Notes: generated by a model not told the origin, from the letters alone. 64,000 nt of DNA from an uncultured Clostridia bacterium (GCA_964479735.1 CAYZNT010000018.1:3093-67092); one strand, 5' to 3'; counted from the first letter of the stretch, positions 1 to 8,747 are shown. Program-made: numbers and translations.

Positions 1-524
1 ATGGTGCCGATATGGGTCTCGAACATGGCCCGGGCGATGCGGCGGATGTCGGTCTCCGGGCTGGCGCTGACGACCGGCCGGCTCATCACGTCGGCGATGC
101 GCCGGCCGGTGTCGTAGGCGACGGAGCCTTCGGAAACGATGAGCTGCTTCAGCAGATCCCGCTCCGAGACGATGCCGACCACGGCGGCGCCGGATACGAC
201 GGGCAGGTGGCGCACCCCGCTGCGGCGCAGGAAGCGCCAGCCGTCGTCCACCCTCAGGTCCGGGGAAACGGTGATGACCGGCCGGCTCATGATCTCGTGG
301 GCGTGCAGCAGCGGTTCGCGCTCGTCGCGGAGCGCGATGGCCTCGCGGTAGGCCCGCTCGGCGTAGGTCGGAAGGCGGCCGCCGGCCGTCTCGCCCCGCT
401 CCTCGCCCCCGGCGACCTTGCGCGCCGGCGCCCCGCGCTCGATGCGCTTCAGTTCCTCGCGCTCCCGCAGCGACTCGAGGGGCACGTTGAAGACCGAACC
501 TTCGATGCTCAGGATATGGAACAT
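1..524 (-). CDS. CBS-domain protein (3' end runs off the window)
   Basis: Manual translation from ATG 524 (SD GGAG upstream): MFHILSIEGSVFNVPLE...HEIMSRPVITVSPDLRVDDGWRFLRRSGVRHLPVVSGAAVVGIVSERDLL...ADVMSRPVVSASPETDIRRIARAM, a tandem CBS pair. Not in the ORF track because it is open at the window edge. Confidence 0.85.
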   Translation of the reverse strand, partial: MFHILSIEGSVFNVPLESLREREELKRIERGAPARKVAGGEERGETAGGRLPTYAERAYREAIALRDEREPLLHAHEIMSRPVITVSPDLRVDDGWRFLRRSGVRHLPVVSGAAVVGIVSERDLLKQLIVSEGSVAYDTGRRIADVMSRPVVSASPETDIRRIARAMFETHIGT

Positions 525-599
525 GGGCGGCTCCCGGGGTTTGCGTCGCCCCCTGCGACCATGATACACTCCCCGCGGCCGAAGGGAAAGGATCCGAGG

Positions 600-628
600 T
601 TGATTTCCGGTCCCCGCTCTGCTACGAT
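600..628 (+). promoter_or_regulatory. sigma70-type promoter TTGATT-N17-TACGAT
   Basis: TTGATT 600-605, 17-nt spacer, TG-C-TACGAT 623-628, upstream of the CDS at 677. Confidence 0.55.
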
Positions 629-676
629 CGCCTTTCGGGAAAGCGGAGGCAGGAAGCACCCCGCGCCCGTCCGGAG

Positions 677-1168
677 GTGCCCGTGCCCAGACCCGCGTGC
701 GCGCTGCTCGCCGTCGTCATGTTTTCCGCGTCTTGCGCCCTCTCCGCCGCCGAACCGGCTTTCACCCCCTGCACCCTGCTCGCCCCGGCCGAGATCCAGG
801 CCGCCCTGGGCAAGCCGGTGAAGCCGGGCACGCTCAAGGCCCGCTCCAACCCGGCCGCGGGCTCCGACTGCACCTGGGTGGTGGGCGACTTCGGGTCGCT
901 CAACCTGCTGATCAAGCCGTTGGCGCGCACCGAGACGGCGGCGGCGATCAAGGCGGCATTCGTGAAGCAGAAGATGCCTCCCACCGACTTGCCCGGGGTC
1001 GGGGACAGCTCGTTCTACACCAGCCCCGGCTACGGCATGGTGCAGCTGCACACCCTGAAGGGGGCGCGCTATCTCCTCATCACCCTGCTGGTCCCCGGTG
1101 CCGGGGAGGCCGCGGTTCGCCCGGCCGCCGCATCGCTGATGAAGACCGTTCTGGGCCGGATCAAGTAG
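677..1168 (+). CDS. Exported hypothetical protein (DUF3558-like, two Cys)
   Basis: N-terminal signal peptide (ALLAVVMFSASCALSA). Pattern PCTLL..AEIQAALG...SDCTW...LPGVGDSSFY resembles small secreted actinobacterial-type proteins. Confidence 0.6.
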   Translation: MPVPRPACALLAVVMFSASCALSAAEPAFTPCTLLAPAEIQAALGKPVKPGTLKARSNPAAGSDCTWVVGDFGSLNLLIKPLARTETAAAIKAAFVKQKMPPTDLPGVGDSSFYTSPGYGMVQLHTLKGARYLLITLLVPGAGEAAVRPAAASLMKTVLGRIK

Positions 1169-1209
1169 GCCGGCGCCTCCGCTTCTCCCTCCGCCCGGAC
1201 AGCCCGCTC

Positions 1210-2589
1210 CTATCCCGCGCCGGACTCCGGTCCCGGTTCCTCTCCCTCCGGGGGTGGGGAGGGCGGGGGCCCTGCGGGGTCGATTCTGCGCCCCATGAGG
1301 TCGAGGGCGAACCGCAGGGCGTGCAGCGCCTCGGGCTTCCCGCCTTCCCCCCGCTCCCGGCGCACCGGTCGCTTCCGGGGTGGCCTCCAATACATCAGGT
1401 GGCAGTGGATCAGGAAGCGCGCCGTCCCCCCCCAGCGGCGGGTGGACACCGCGATGTCCTTGATGCCCGGGCCGAGCACGGGGCGCAGCGGGCCGCCGAC
1501 GATATCGCCGAACAGGCCCAGGTGGGCCGGGAAGAAGAGGTTGGTCCATCGGGTGACCGCGAAGGGGGCGGCATGGTGCAGCACGCCCAGCGACACCCAG
1601 GAGCCATCGACGCGGCAGGGCGGTTTGCGCCAGTAGAAGTAGGTGCGGTCGTCCAGCACCGGCGGGCAGGTGGGCAGCTCCCGCTGCCGGACGCGGCGGC
1701 GGAAGTCGTCCCGGCTGTCGGCCATGAGCAGCATGGCATGGGCCAACGGGCTGCCCAGGGTGATGAAGTCGGTCACCTTCCAGGGGTTGGAGGCGGCGCG
1801 CTGCTCGTCCCACAGGCGCGACTGGGCGGCCTGGAACCGGTCGGCGTCACCCGGCACGTCCGCCCGCAGGCTCTCCCCGACCCGGGAGATGAGCCGGATC
1901 TCCGGTTGCTTCATGCGCCGCGGGGAGCGGTGCTGGGCGTGGTACTCCTGCCAGAGGAAGCGGATGATGTCGTAGCCGATCACGCTTCCCAGGCTGTGGC
2001 CGACCACGATGATGCGGTCGTACTTCCTCTTCTCGTGAAGCTCGCGCAGGATCTCCACCCCCTCCTCGCGGATGCGCTGGCGCATGGCGATGTTGGCCGG
2101 CGCCGGCCGCAGGTACTGGGCCGCGTCCCCGATGTAGCGCACCGTCCACCACTGCAGGAAGCCCACGGCGGCCGCCCCCACGAACCAGGGAAGCTTGGAG
2201 ACCATCCCGAGCGTGGGCAGCGTGGAGCCCCTCACCACCAGCAGGGCGATCAGCGCCAGCGACAGCCGGCCGAGCCTCCACAGGGTGCGCAGGGGGAGGG
2301 GAACGTCCCGCTTGCGGCGCAGGATCAGCGAGCAGCACCAGAAGGCGATGCTCGGCAGGGAGACCGCCCGGACATGGTGGGCCCAGTAGTATTCGAAGAA
2401 ATCGGTCCCCAGCCGGCGCGGCGTGACCAGGCGGCGCAGCTCGTAGGTGGACGCCAGCGGGTCGGGCTGGCTCCAGTACTTCTCCTCCCCCCCGGGGCGG
2501 TCGGGAACCACCGCCTCCACGAACGCCCGCAACGTGTTCATCGGCCTCTGCTCCCCGATGCCGTGAATGAAGAGCACCGCCTGGCGCAT
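1210..2589 (-). CDS. Membrane-spanning alpha/beta-hydrolase fold protein
   Basis: Start re-picked to ATG 2589 (SD GGGGAG). VLFIHGIGEQ, nucleophile elbow IIVVGHSLGS, FITLGSPL, C-terminal HLMYW. Two or three hydrophobic segments mid-protein. Confidence 0.75.
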   Translation of the reverse strand: MRQAVLFIHGIGEQRPMNTLRAFVEAVVPDRPGGEEKYWSQPDPLASTYELRRLVTPRRLGTDFFEYYWAHHVRAVSLPSIAFWCCSLILRRKRDVPLPLRTLWRLGRLSLALIALLVVRGSTLPTLGMVSKLPWFVGAAAVGFLQWWTVRYIGDAAQYLRPAPANIAMRQRIREEGVEILRELHEKRKYDRIIVVGHSLGSVIGYDIIRFLWQEYHAQHRSPRRMKQPEIRLISRVGESLRADVPGDADRFQAAQSRLWDEQRAASNPWKVTDFITLGSPLAHAMLLMADSRDDFRRRVRQRELPTCPPVLDDRTYFYWRKPPCRVDGSWVSLGVLHHAAPFAVTRWTNLFFPAHLGLFGDIVGGPLRPVLGPGIKDIAVSTRRWGGTARFLIHCHLMYWRPPRKRPVRRERGEGGKPEALHALRFALDLMGRRIDPAGPPPSPPPEGEEPGPESGAG

Positions 2590-2784
2590 CTCTCCCCTCC
2601 CCCGCCCCGGCTCTCGGCGCGGATATTTCGGCCGCGGTGCGGCCGGGGCCCCAGCATCCTGCTTCGCGGACGTCTTGTCAAGGACCTGCCGGCCCAAGGC
2701 GACCGGCCCGCGTGGGCTACCCGTCCAAACCGCCAGCCGTGGTTCAGGCCCCGATCTTTCGGTCGCAACCGATCGGCCGGAACA

Positions 2785-3600
2785 TCAGTGCAACGCGATC
2801 CACCCTTTCATCTCCTTCGACCCGTACAGGTTCGGGGTCTGGGGATACTGCTGCGAGGGGAGGACGGCGCGGATCGCCCGGTGCCAGTCGCGGTAGGTCG
2901 CCTCCGCGGGGAGCTTCTTCAAGGCCTCCAGGGCCACGTAGGTGAAGGCGCCGTTGGGACGCGAGTTGAACCAGGCGTCGTAGGAGTACTCGGTGTCCTG
3001 GCAGGCGGAAAGAAGCAGGGAGGCGTAGCGCCCCGGGGGGCTGGAGGGCTTCAGGGCGCGGCGCGAACCGAGCCGGACCAGGGCGGAGCGCCCCAGGTAG
3101 ACCCCGGGAGGCAGGAAGCGCACCTTGCGCTGCGGGGCGCGGCGGGCCCGGGTGGTGGGAGGGGTGAGGATGGGGGCGAAGCGGGCCACCGTGCCGGAGT
3201 GGCACGAGTCGGAGATGAAGAGCACTTTCACGCCGGGTTCGCGCGCCGAGAAGAGGGTGAAGAGCTCGTCGTCGGTGATCGGCCCTTCGGCCATCACGTC
3301 GTGGGGACAGAGGCACTCGTCGGTGCCGTCGGGCTCGTCCCCGTCCTCGTCCGGCACGAAGGAGCCGTGGCCCGAGTACTGGATGGCCACGGTGTCTCCG
3401 TCGCGGGCCTTGTCCAGCAGGTCGCGGATGGCCCCGCGCACGGCCCGGCCCGTGGCCCGGGCGTCGAGAAGGGCGGATACCGTGAAGCCTCGCCCCCGGA
3501 ACGCCTTGGCCCAGTCGCCGGCGTCGTTCAGGCAGCCCGCCAGGTCCATCTCGGTGCCGGGGTAGTCGTTGATGCCGATGCACAATGCCAGCCTGGACAT
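2785..3600 (-). CDS. Caspase-family protease (peptidase C14, metacaspase-like)
   Basis: LALCIGINDY, GCLNDA, catalytic His in QYSGHGS, acidic loop DEDGDEPDGTDECLCPHD, catalytic Cys in ISDSCHSG, SACQDTEYS..GAFT, QTPNL. Confidence 0.92.
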   Translation of the reverse strand: MSRLALCIGINDYPGTEMDLAGCLNDAGDWAKAFRGRGFTVSALLDARATGRAVRGAIRDLLDKARDGDTVAIQYSGHGSFVPDEDGDEPDGTDECLCPHDVMAEGPITDDELFTLFSAREPGVKVLFISDSCHSGTVARFAPILTPPTTRARRAPQRKVRFLPPGVYLGRSALVRLGSRRALKPSSPPGRYASLLLSACQDTEYSYDAWFNSRPNGAFTYVALEALKKLPAEATYRDWHRAIRAVLPSQQYPQTPNLYGSKEMKGWIALH

Positions 3601-3601
3601 G

Positions 3602-4111
3602 TCACCTCCCGGGCGATTCCCCGGTCGCCCCCGCTTCCGCCCGGACCTCCACCGGGACCAGGCGCGTGCCCCGCTCGTCCATGCGGATCTCGTACAGTTC
3701 GAAGGAAGCCGGCGTTCCCCGGGCGGCGTTCACCCCCACGCGCGCCCCGGAGATCGCCTCGCCGGCGGCGGGAAGCAGGGCGGCCAGGGCGTCGAGCGCC
3801 TCGGCCGTCCGGCTGTCGCCCTCCTGGTTGAGGGAGACGAGCATGCCGTCCTTCAAGGCGAACTCCAGCCGCGCCTTGCCGATGCCGGTCCGGACCCGGA
3901 AGTGGCGGGGGTGGGCCAGGTCGGGCAGGTAGATCACGGTCGCCTCCAGGGCCCGGGAATCGCTCCCATGGCGCACCACCAGCAGGTACGGCCGGGGCGC
4001 GTAGATGGGAGGCGAGGAGAGGCCCTCCGGCCCCGGTCCGCCGCTGAAGGTCACCCCGGCGCAGTTGGCCAGGAGCAGGCATGCACCGGCCAGCACGACG
4101 GCTCTTCCCAT
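3602..4111 (-). CDS. Hypothetical lipoprotein
   Basis: ATG 4111 with SD AGGAG and lipobox VLAGACLLLANC. The stop lies 1 nt from the caspase ATG (GGAGGTGACATG). Confidence 0.7.
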   Translation of the reverse strand: MGRAVVLAGACLLLANCAGVTFSGGPGPEGLSSPPIYAPRPYLLVVRHGSDSRALEATVIYLPDLAHPRHFRVRTGIGKARLEFALKDGMLVSLNQEGDSRTAEALDALAALLPAAGEAISGARVGVNAARGTPASFELYEIRMDERGTRLVPVEVRAEAGATGESPGR

Positions 4112-4249
4112 GGCTCTCCTCCGCTGCCCGCGCTCCCCGGCAGGCGCATGCCAGAGGACTACCATGGCCGGACCCGGGCCGCAACCCGCAAAAATGTAAC
4201 CTGCGCCGGGGGAAGCGCCCCTCGGTCCTCCGGAGAAGAATCGCCTCGC

Positions 4250-4588
4250 CTAGGGCTTCCCGTGTTCCGCCCCGCGCATCCGGCTGGGGCGCAGGCGGAA
4301 GTAGGCCTGGAAGAGGCGGCTGAAGTAGTCGGTCTGCTGGAAACCGACCCGCTCCCGCACCTCGGCCAGGGTCAGCCGCGGCTCGCGGCGCATGATCTCC
4401 TTGGCCCGCTCCAGACGCTCGCGGTGAAGGAGCATGCGCAGGCAGAGGCCGGTCTCGCGGCGGAAGGTGCGCGACAGGTGGACCCGGCTCACTCCGTGGA
4501 TCACCGCCAGGCGTTTGGCCGAAAGCGTGGCGAACTCACCGTCCGGACAGTTCAATACATGGGCAAGAACCCGCTCACCCAGATTCAT
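4250..4588 (-). CDS. Stand-alone AraC-family helix-turn-helix regulator
   Basis: LAVIHGVSRVHLSRTFRRETG...RLERAKEIM...LAEVRERVGFQQTDYFSRLF. 112 aa, DNA-binding domain only. Confidence 0.88.
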   Translation of the reverse strand: MNLGERVLAHVLNCPDGEFATLSAKRLAVIHGVSRVHLSRTFRRETGLCLRMLLHRERLERAKEIMRREPRLTLAEVRERVGFQQTDYFSRLFQAYFRLRPSRMRGAEHGKP

Positions 4589-4737
4589 GGCTCGGCTCTC
4601 CTCGATCCAGAATCCTTCCCTTCGCCCCCATTCTACACGGGAGAAAAAAGGAAAGCCAGCCCTCCGGCGCGGCCCTGCCGCCCCGGGTCGAGCGCCCGGT
4701 CCAGGCGGCGATGCGCCGACCGGCGATCAGCGGGTCG

Positions 4738-5475
4738 TCACTCCTGGTCGCGGGCGGGGCCCGCCCGGTTTCGGAAATTCTCCCGCTCGGCCAGGAAGCG
4801 GGTCCGGCGCTCAGCCATCTGCTGCAGCAGGGCGTTGGTGCGGTTGACCGCGCCCTGCAGGCCGGCCAGCGCCATCCGCAGCTTCAGCGCCTGGACGTTG
4901 CGCTCGGGGGCGGCGAGGCTTCCGGGTGCCACCTTCTGCGGCAGGGCGAACGACCAGTACTCGAGGCGGAAGTGGGGGGTCAGGAGCGGGGTGATCGCCC
5001 CCGCCGCCTGGCCGAACGCGCCGGGCGCGCCCCCCGGCCCGCCGCCCGGGCCGCCGCCGGGAGCCGGGCGGTCGGACCCGTCTTCGGCCGGCACCATGCC
5101 GGTCCGCTGGCTGAACTTCTCGATCCAGCGCTGCAGCTTCTGGCCGGAGAGATTCAGTTTCGCCAGCTCCGCCTGGACCAGGCGCACGTCCTCGTCCAGC
5201 TTGCGGGACGCCGCGCTCATGACCAGAAAACCCGCATCGGCGGGATCGAGGCCGGCCACGGCATTGGCCTCCAAGGCCCGCGCCAGCGCCTGGGCCGGGG
5301 CCACCGCGTTATCGGGGCTCGCGGCGAACGCCGCCGCAGCCTGCTCCAGCTGCTGCCGCTGCTCCGCGGAGCAGCCGGCCAGCAACTGCTGCTCGCGCAG
5401 ATCGTCCGCGGGGGCGGCGACGAGCGCCAGCGCGCAGGCGACGCCTGCCATCGTCATCACGATTCCACTTTTCAT
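4738..5475 (-). CDS. Secreted, largely helical hypothetical protein with a Gly/Pro-rich linker
   Basis: ATG 5475 with SD GGAGG. Signal peptide MAGVACALALVAAPA, coiled-coil-like segments and a PGGGPGGGPGG linker. Confidence 0.6.
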   Translation of the reverse strand: MKSGIVMTMAGVACALALVAAPADDLREQQLLAGCSAEQRQQLEQAAAAFAASPDNAVAPAQALARALEANAVAGLDPADAGFLVMSAASRKLDEDVRLVQAELAKLNLSGQKLQRWIEKFSQRTGMVPAEDGSDRPAPGGGPGGGPGGAPGAFGQAAGAITPLLTPHFRLEYWSFALPQKVAPGSLAAPERNVQALKLRMALAGLQGAVNRTNALLQQMAERRTRFLAERENFRNRAGPARDQE

Positions 5476-5538
5476 TCCTGTCCTCCGTACGCCCCTTACA
5501 TAAGACCTGGCCACCGGAAATCTCGCCGCGGCCCGGCG

Positions 5539-6186
5539 TCAGCGCACCTGAAGCAAGACGAAAATGAGCGGGTCCCAGGCCATGTGCGCCGCCAGCACCA
5601 GGGTCAGCGAGCCGGTCTGGGCGTAGAGCCCGCCCCAGAAAAGCCCGCCGACGAGGGCGGCCAGCAGCAGCACCGGGTTGCCGGTGCAGAGGTGCGCGGC
5701 GACGTACAACGCGGTGGCCAGGCCGCAGCCGGGCCAGCGGCCGAGGCGCTGCGCCAGTCGTGCCTGCACGAAGCCCCGCCAGAAGAGCTCCTCGCCGAAG
5801 CCGATGGGAAAGACCAGCAGCAGGCCGACCAGCGCGGGAGGCAGGGAGCCGCGATTGGCGTAGACCGCGTCGAGATGCCGCAGCCGGTCGGGAAAGAGGC
5901 CCCACCAGGCGTGCATCAGCTTCAGGCCGGCGTTGCCGGCCACGAAGAGAACGTACAGCAGGAGGGCCGCTCCCAGTCCCAGCAGCACGTGGCGGGGAGT
6001 CAGGTCGGCGCGCTTCGGCACCCCCCCCTGCAGAAACCAGGCCAGCGCCGCCAGCAGGGAGGTGCCGCCGGCCATGAGCAGGAAAAAGTTGCCGGGGCGG
6101 AGCACGAAGATGACGGCCCAGAGAACGAAGGCCAGGCCCACCGCCGCCGCCACCGGAGCCAGGGAGTCGCGCCCGGGAGGGCCCAT
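5539..6186 (-). CDS. CPBP/Abi (CAAX protease family) intramembrane glutamic protease
   Basis: GFGEELFWRGFVQ (EExxxR), FxxxH-type YVAAH, AHMAWD. Multi-pass membrane protein. Confidence 0.9.
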   Translation of the reverse strand: MGPPGRDSLAPVAAAVGLAFVLWAVIFVLRPGNFFLLMAGGTSLLAALAWFLQGGVPKRADLTPRHVLLGLGAALLLYVLFVAGNAGLKLMHAWWGLFPDRLRHLDAVYANRGSLPPALVGLLLVFPIGFGEELFWRGFVQARLAQRLGRWPGCGLATALYVAAHLCTGNPVLLLAALVGGLFWGGLYAQTGSLTLVLAAHMAWDPLIFVLLQVR

Positions 6187-6187
6187 C

Positions 6188-7111
6188 TCAGCGCAGCCAG
6201 AGGTGGAGCGCCAGCCCGGCCAGGAGCAGCAGGGAGAAAACCGAGTGAAGTTGTGCGGTCCGGGCGTCGATCATGGCGAACGACTCCGCCGCGGTCCGGC
6301 TCTTCCCGGCCACCCGGCGGCACAGGGAGAAGGCCAGCGGCAGGGAGAGCAGGACCAGCAGGGCGGTCAGCGGCGCGCGCGCCAGCGCCACCAGCAGGAG
6401 GACGGAGAGATAGGCGGCGGCCACCAAGGCGTAGTACATGCGCTGCGCGTTGCGCTCGCCGATCACGATCGGCACGGTGCGGATGCCCACTTCGCGGTCG
6501 GTGGCGATGTCGCGCAGGTTGTTGGAATGGAGGACGGCGTCCACCAGGAAGGCGACGGGCAGGGCGTAGAGGAGCGGCGCCCAGGCGGCCTGCTGCGTGT
6601 GCACGAACCAGGCGCCCCAGGCCATGGCCGGGCCGAAGGCCACGAACACGGCGATGTCCCCCAGGGCGAAGTACTTCAGGGTGAAGGGGCGCGCGGTGTA
6701 GAAGAAGGCCAGCACGCCGCCCACCCCCACCGGCAGGAGGAGCCACGGGCCGCGCTCCAGGGCGAGCACGAAGTAGAGCCCGATGAGCGACGCCGCCGCG
6801 AAGCAGAGCAGGGCTCCGTTGCGCAGGGTTTTCGGCGCCATCAACCCGTCCAGCAGCACCCGCGAGCCGCTCGATCCGAAGGTTCCGTCGCGGTCCACCC
6901 GGGCCAGGAAGTCGTGGTAGTCGGAGAACATGTTCGACCCGGCGTGGGCCAGCACGCAGCCCAGCAGGGTCAGCGCCACGTGGATCGCGTCCAATCTCAG
7001 CCCGGGGAATTCCTGCGCCGCCAGCAGCGCTCCGAGCAGGGGCGGCACCAGCGACACGGTGAAGGACCACGGGCGCGCGGCGCGCCACCACTTCATCATC
7101 CCATCGGCCAT
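6188..7111 (-). CDS. menA: UbiA-family prenyltransferase, MenA-like (1,4-dihydroxy-2-naphthoate polyprenyltransferase)
   Basis: RAARPWSFTVS, SNMFSDYHDFLARVD, YTARPFTLKYFALGDIAVF, LHSNNLRDIATDREVGIRT. Start could be 7111 or 7099. Confidence 0.78.
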   Translation of the reverse strand: MADGMMKWWRAARPWSFTVSLVPPLLGALLAAQEFPGLRLDAIHVALTLLGCVLAHAGSNMFSDYHDFLARVDRDGTFGSSGSRVLLDGLMAPKTLRNGALLCFAAASLIGLYFVLALERGPWLLLPVGVGGVLAFFYTARPFTLKYFALGDIAVFVAFGPAMAWGAWFVHTQQAAWAPLLYALPVAFLVDAVLHSNNLRDIATDREVGIRTVPIVIGERNAQRMYYALVAAAYLSVLLLVALARAPLTALLVLLSLPLAFSLCRRVAGKSRTAAESFAMIDARTAQLHSVFSLLLLAGLALHLWLR

Positions 7112-7212
7112 GAGCACCCCCTGGCAAGAAGCCCATTATACCACGCGGGCTTGGAGGCGGCTCCCCCACGCGACGCTTGATCGGGAGACGGGAGGGCGAG
7201 TACAATCGGCCC

Positions 7213-7932
7213 ATGAACCCGCTGCGGAAATCGTTCTGGCTGCTGGCGCTCGCCCTGCCGCTCGCCGCCCTGGAGCGGATCGACCTGCGCGAAGACATCG
7301 CGCTCGAGCCGCTGACCGCGACCGTCTGGCGCCACGTCACCACCCGGGAAGGCATCCCGGCCAATGGCCTGGTGGTGTTGTGCGGCCAGGAGGCGGTTCT
7401 GGTCGACACCCCGTGGACTCCGGAGCAGACCGCCGTGCTGCTCGACTGGCTCGAGAAGAGCCGGGGGGTGCGCGTCACCCTGGCCATTCCCGGCCACTTC
7501 CACGTCGACTGCCTCGGGGGGCTGACCGAGATCCACCGCCGCGGCATCCGTTCTTTGGGCGCGGAGCGGACGAGGGAACTGGCCCTGGCCAGCGGGGTGG
7601 AGGCGCCCCGCGAGGCCTTCACGAAGGAGCTCGCGCTCACGGTCGCCGGCCGCCGGCTGCTCCTCCTCCACCCCGGTCCCGGCCACACCGCCGACAACAT
7701 CGTGGTCTGGATCCCCGACCAGCGGGTCCTCTTCGGCGGCTGCCTGGTCAAGTCCATGGACGCGCTCGGCCTGGGCTACACGGCCGATGCCGACGTTCCG
7801 GCCTGGCCCGGAACCATCCGCCTGCTGCAGGCCCGGTTCCCCTCCGCCCGACTCGTCGTGCCCGGGCACGGCCTCCCCGGCGGAGTCGAGCTGCTCGCCC
7901 ACACGCTCCGGCTTCTGGCCGGGGCCGTCTAA
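7213..7932 (+). CDS. Secreted subclass B1 metallo-beta-lactamase
   Basis: Signal peptide, DTPW, HFHVD (H116-x-H118-x-D120), GPGHTADN (H196), FGGCLVK (C221, K224), VVPGHG (H263). ATG 7213 lies 6 nt after TACAAT. Confidence 0.85.
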   Translation: MNPLRKSFWLLALALPLAALERIDLREDIALEPLTATVWRHVTTREGIPANGLVVLCGQEAVLVDTPWTPEQTAVLLDWLEKSRGVRVTLAIPGHFHVDCLGGLTEIHRRGIRSLGAERTRELALASGVEAPREAFTKELALTVAGRRLLLLHPGPGHTADNIVVWIPDQRVLFGGCLVKSMDALGLGYTADADVPAWPGTIRLLQARFPSARLVVPGHGLPGGVELLAHTLRLLAGAV

Positions 7933-7961
7933 TTCGAGGGACGGACGGCGGCGCGCCCGGT

Positions 7962-8747
7962 CTACCCCCGTGTTTCCCCCGCCTGCAGCGCCCGGATCTG
8001 CAGTTCGGCGCCCGGCTGGTCGCGCAGCCCCCCCATGCAGGGCACCCGCTTGAAGGTGGTGCGGGCGAGGGCGATGAGAGCGTTGCGCAGGGGCGCCCGC
8101 AGAAAGACCTGCCGCTGGCGGGCGAAGCTCCGGCGGAAGTCGTCGGCGAACGAGCCGGTCGACACCGGCTGGCAGGAGAGCCCGCGCTGCCGCAGGTAGG
8201 CCAGCCCGTCCAGGTGGCGGGCGAACAGCGTTTCGGGGTCGGCTCCCGGGAATACCTGCCGCAGCCCGCCTTCGCCGGCGGGCAGGGTGCCGCCGCGCCA
8301 GTCGGGCATGGTGGTCAGCCCGCCGCGAAAGCCGGCCAGGATCGACACGAAGTCGTGGGAGACCACCGCCGGGATCGTGCCGGTGCGGAAGACCGTCGCG
8401 TAGACCGGCTGATCGGCGTGCGCCAGCCCCACCAGCGTCGCCGGCGGCGAGATGGCGACGCGGAGAAGCGGGCCGGCGGGGCGGAAGCCGAGCGCCGCCA
8501 GTTGGTCCACCACCGCCTGCATGGCGGCGGGCGCCTCGGCTTCCGCAGGAGCCAGCCCCACCTCCGCCGGCAGGCTGGCGGCGATGAGCGCGGCGATGAA
8601 GGCGACCAGCAGCACGAAGCCCAGGGCCAGCATGACGAGGTGGCGCAGCGGTCCGAGCGGAGCCAGGAACGCCGGCGGGTGGAAGAGGAGCCAGCCGATC
8701 GCCACCCCCACCCCGATCGGCAACCATTTGGCGGCAGTGTTCTTCAT
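7962..8747 (-). CDS. Hypothetical membrane protein (two N-terminal TM helices plus a soluble domain)
   Basis: ATG 8747, 7 nt after TACACT. Hydrophobic WLPIGVGVAIGWLLF and LVMLALGFVLLVAFIAALIA. Confidence 0.6.
   Translation of the reverse strand: MKNTAAKWLPIGVGVAIGWLLFHPPAFLAPLGPLRHLVMLALGFVLLVAFIAALIAASLPAEVGLAPAEAEAPAAMQAVVDQLAALGFRPAGPLLRVAISPPATLVGLAHADQPVYATVFRTGTIPAVVSHDFVSILAGFRGGLTTMPDWRGGTLPAGEGGLRQVFPGADPETLFARHLDGLAYLRQRGLSCQPVSTGSFADDFRRSFARQRQVFLRAPLRNALIALARTTFKRVPCMGGLRDQPGAELQIRALQAGETRG

Noticed and set aside
697-3831. 1044-aa plus-strand ORF, and similar giants at 49788-53555, 50264-54358, 57000-60359, 8452-10890 and 43118-45724
   Set aside because: Arg/Pro/Gly/Ala-rich shadow frames of genuine genes, caused by stop-codon scarcity in high-GC DNA. 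No motifs.
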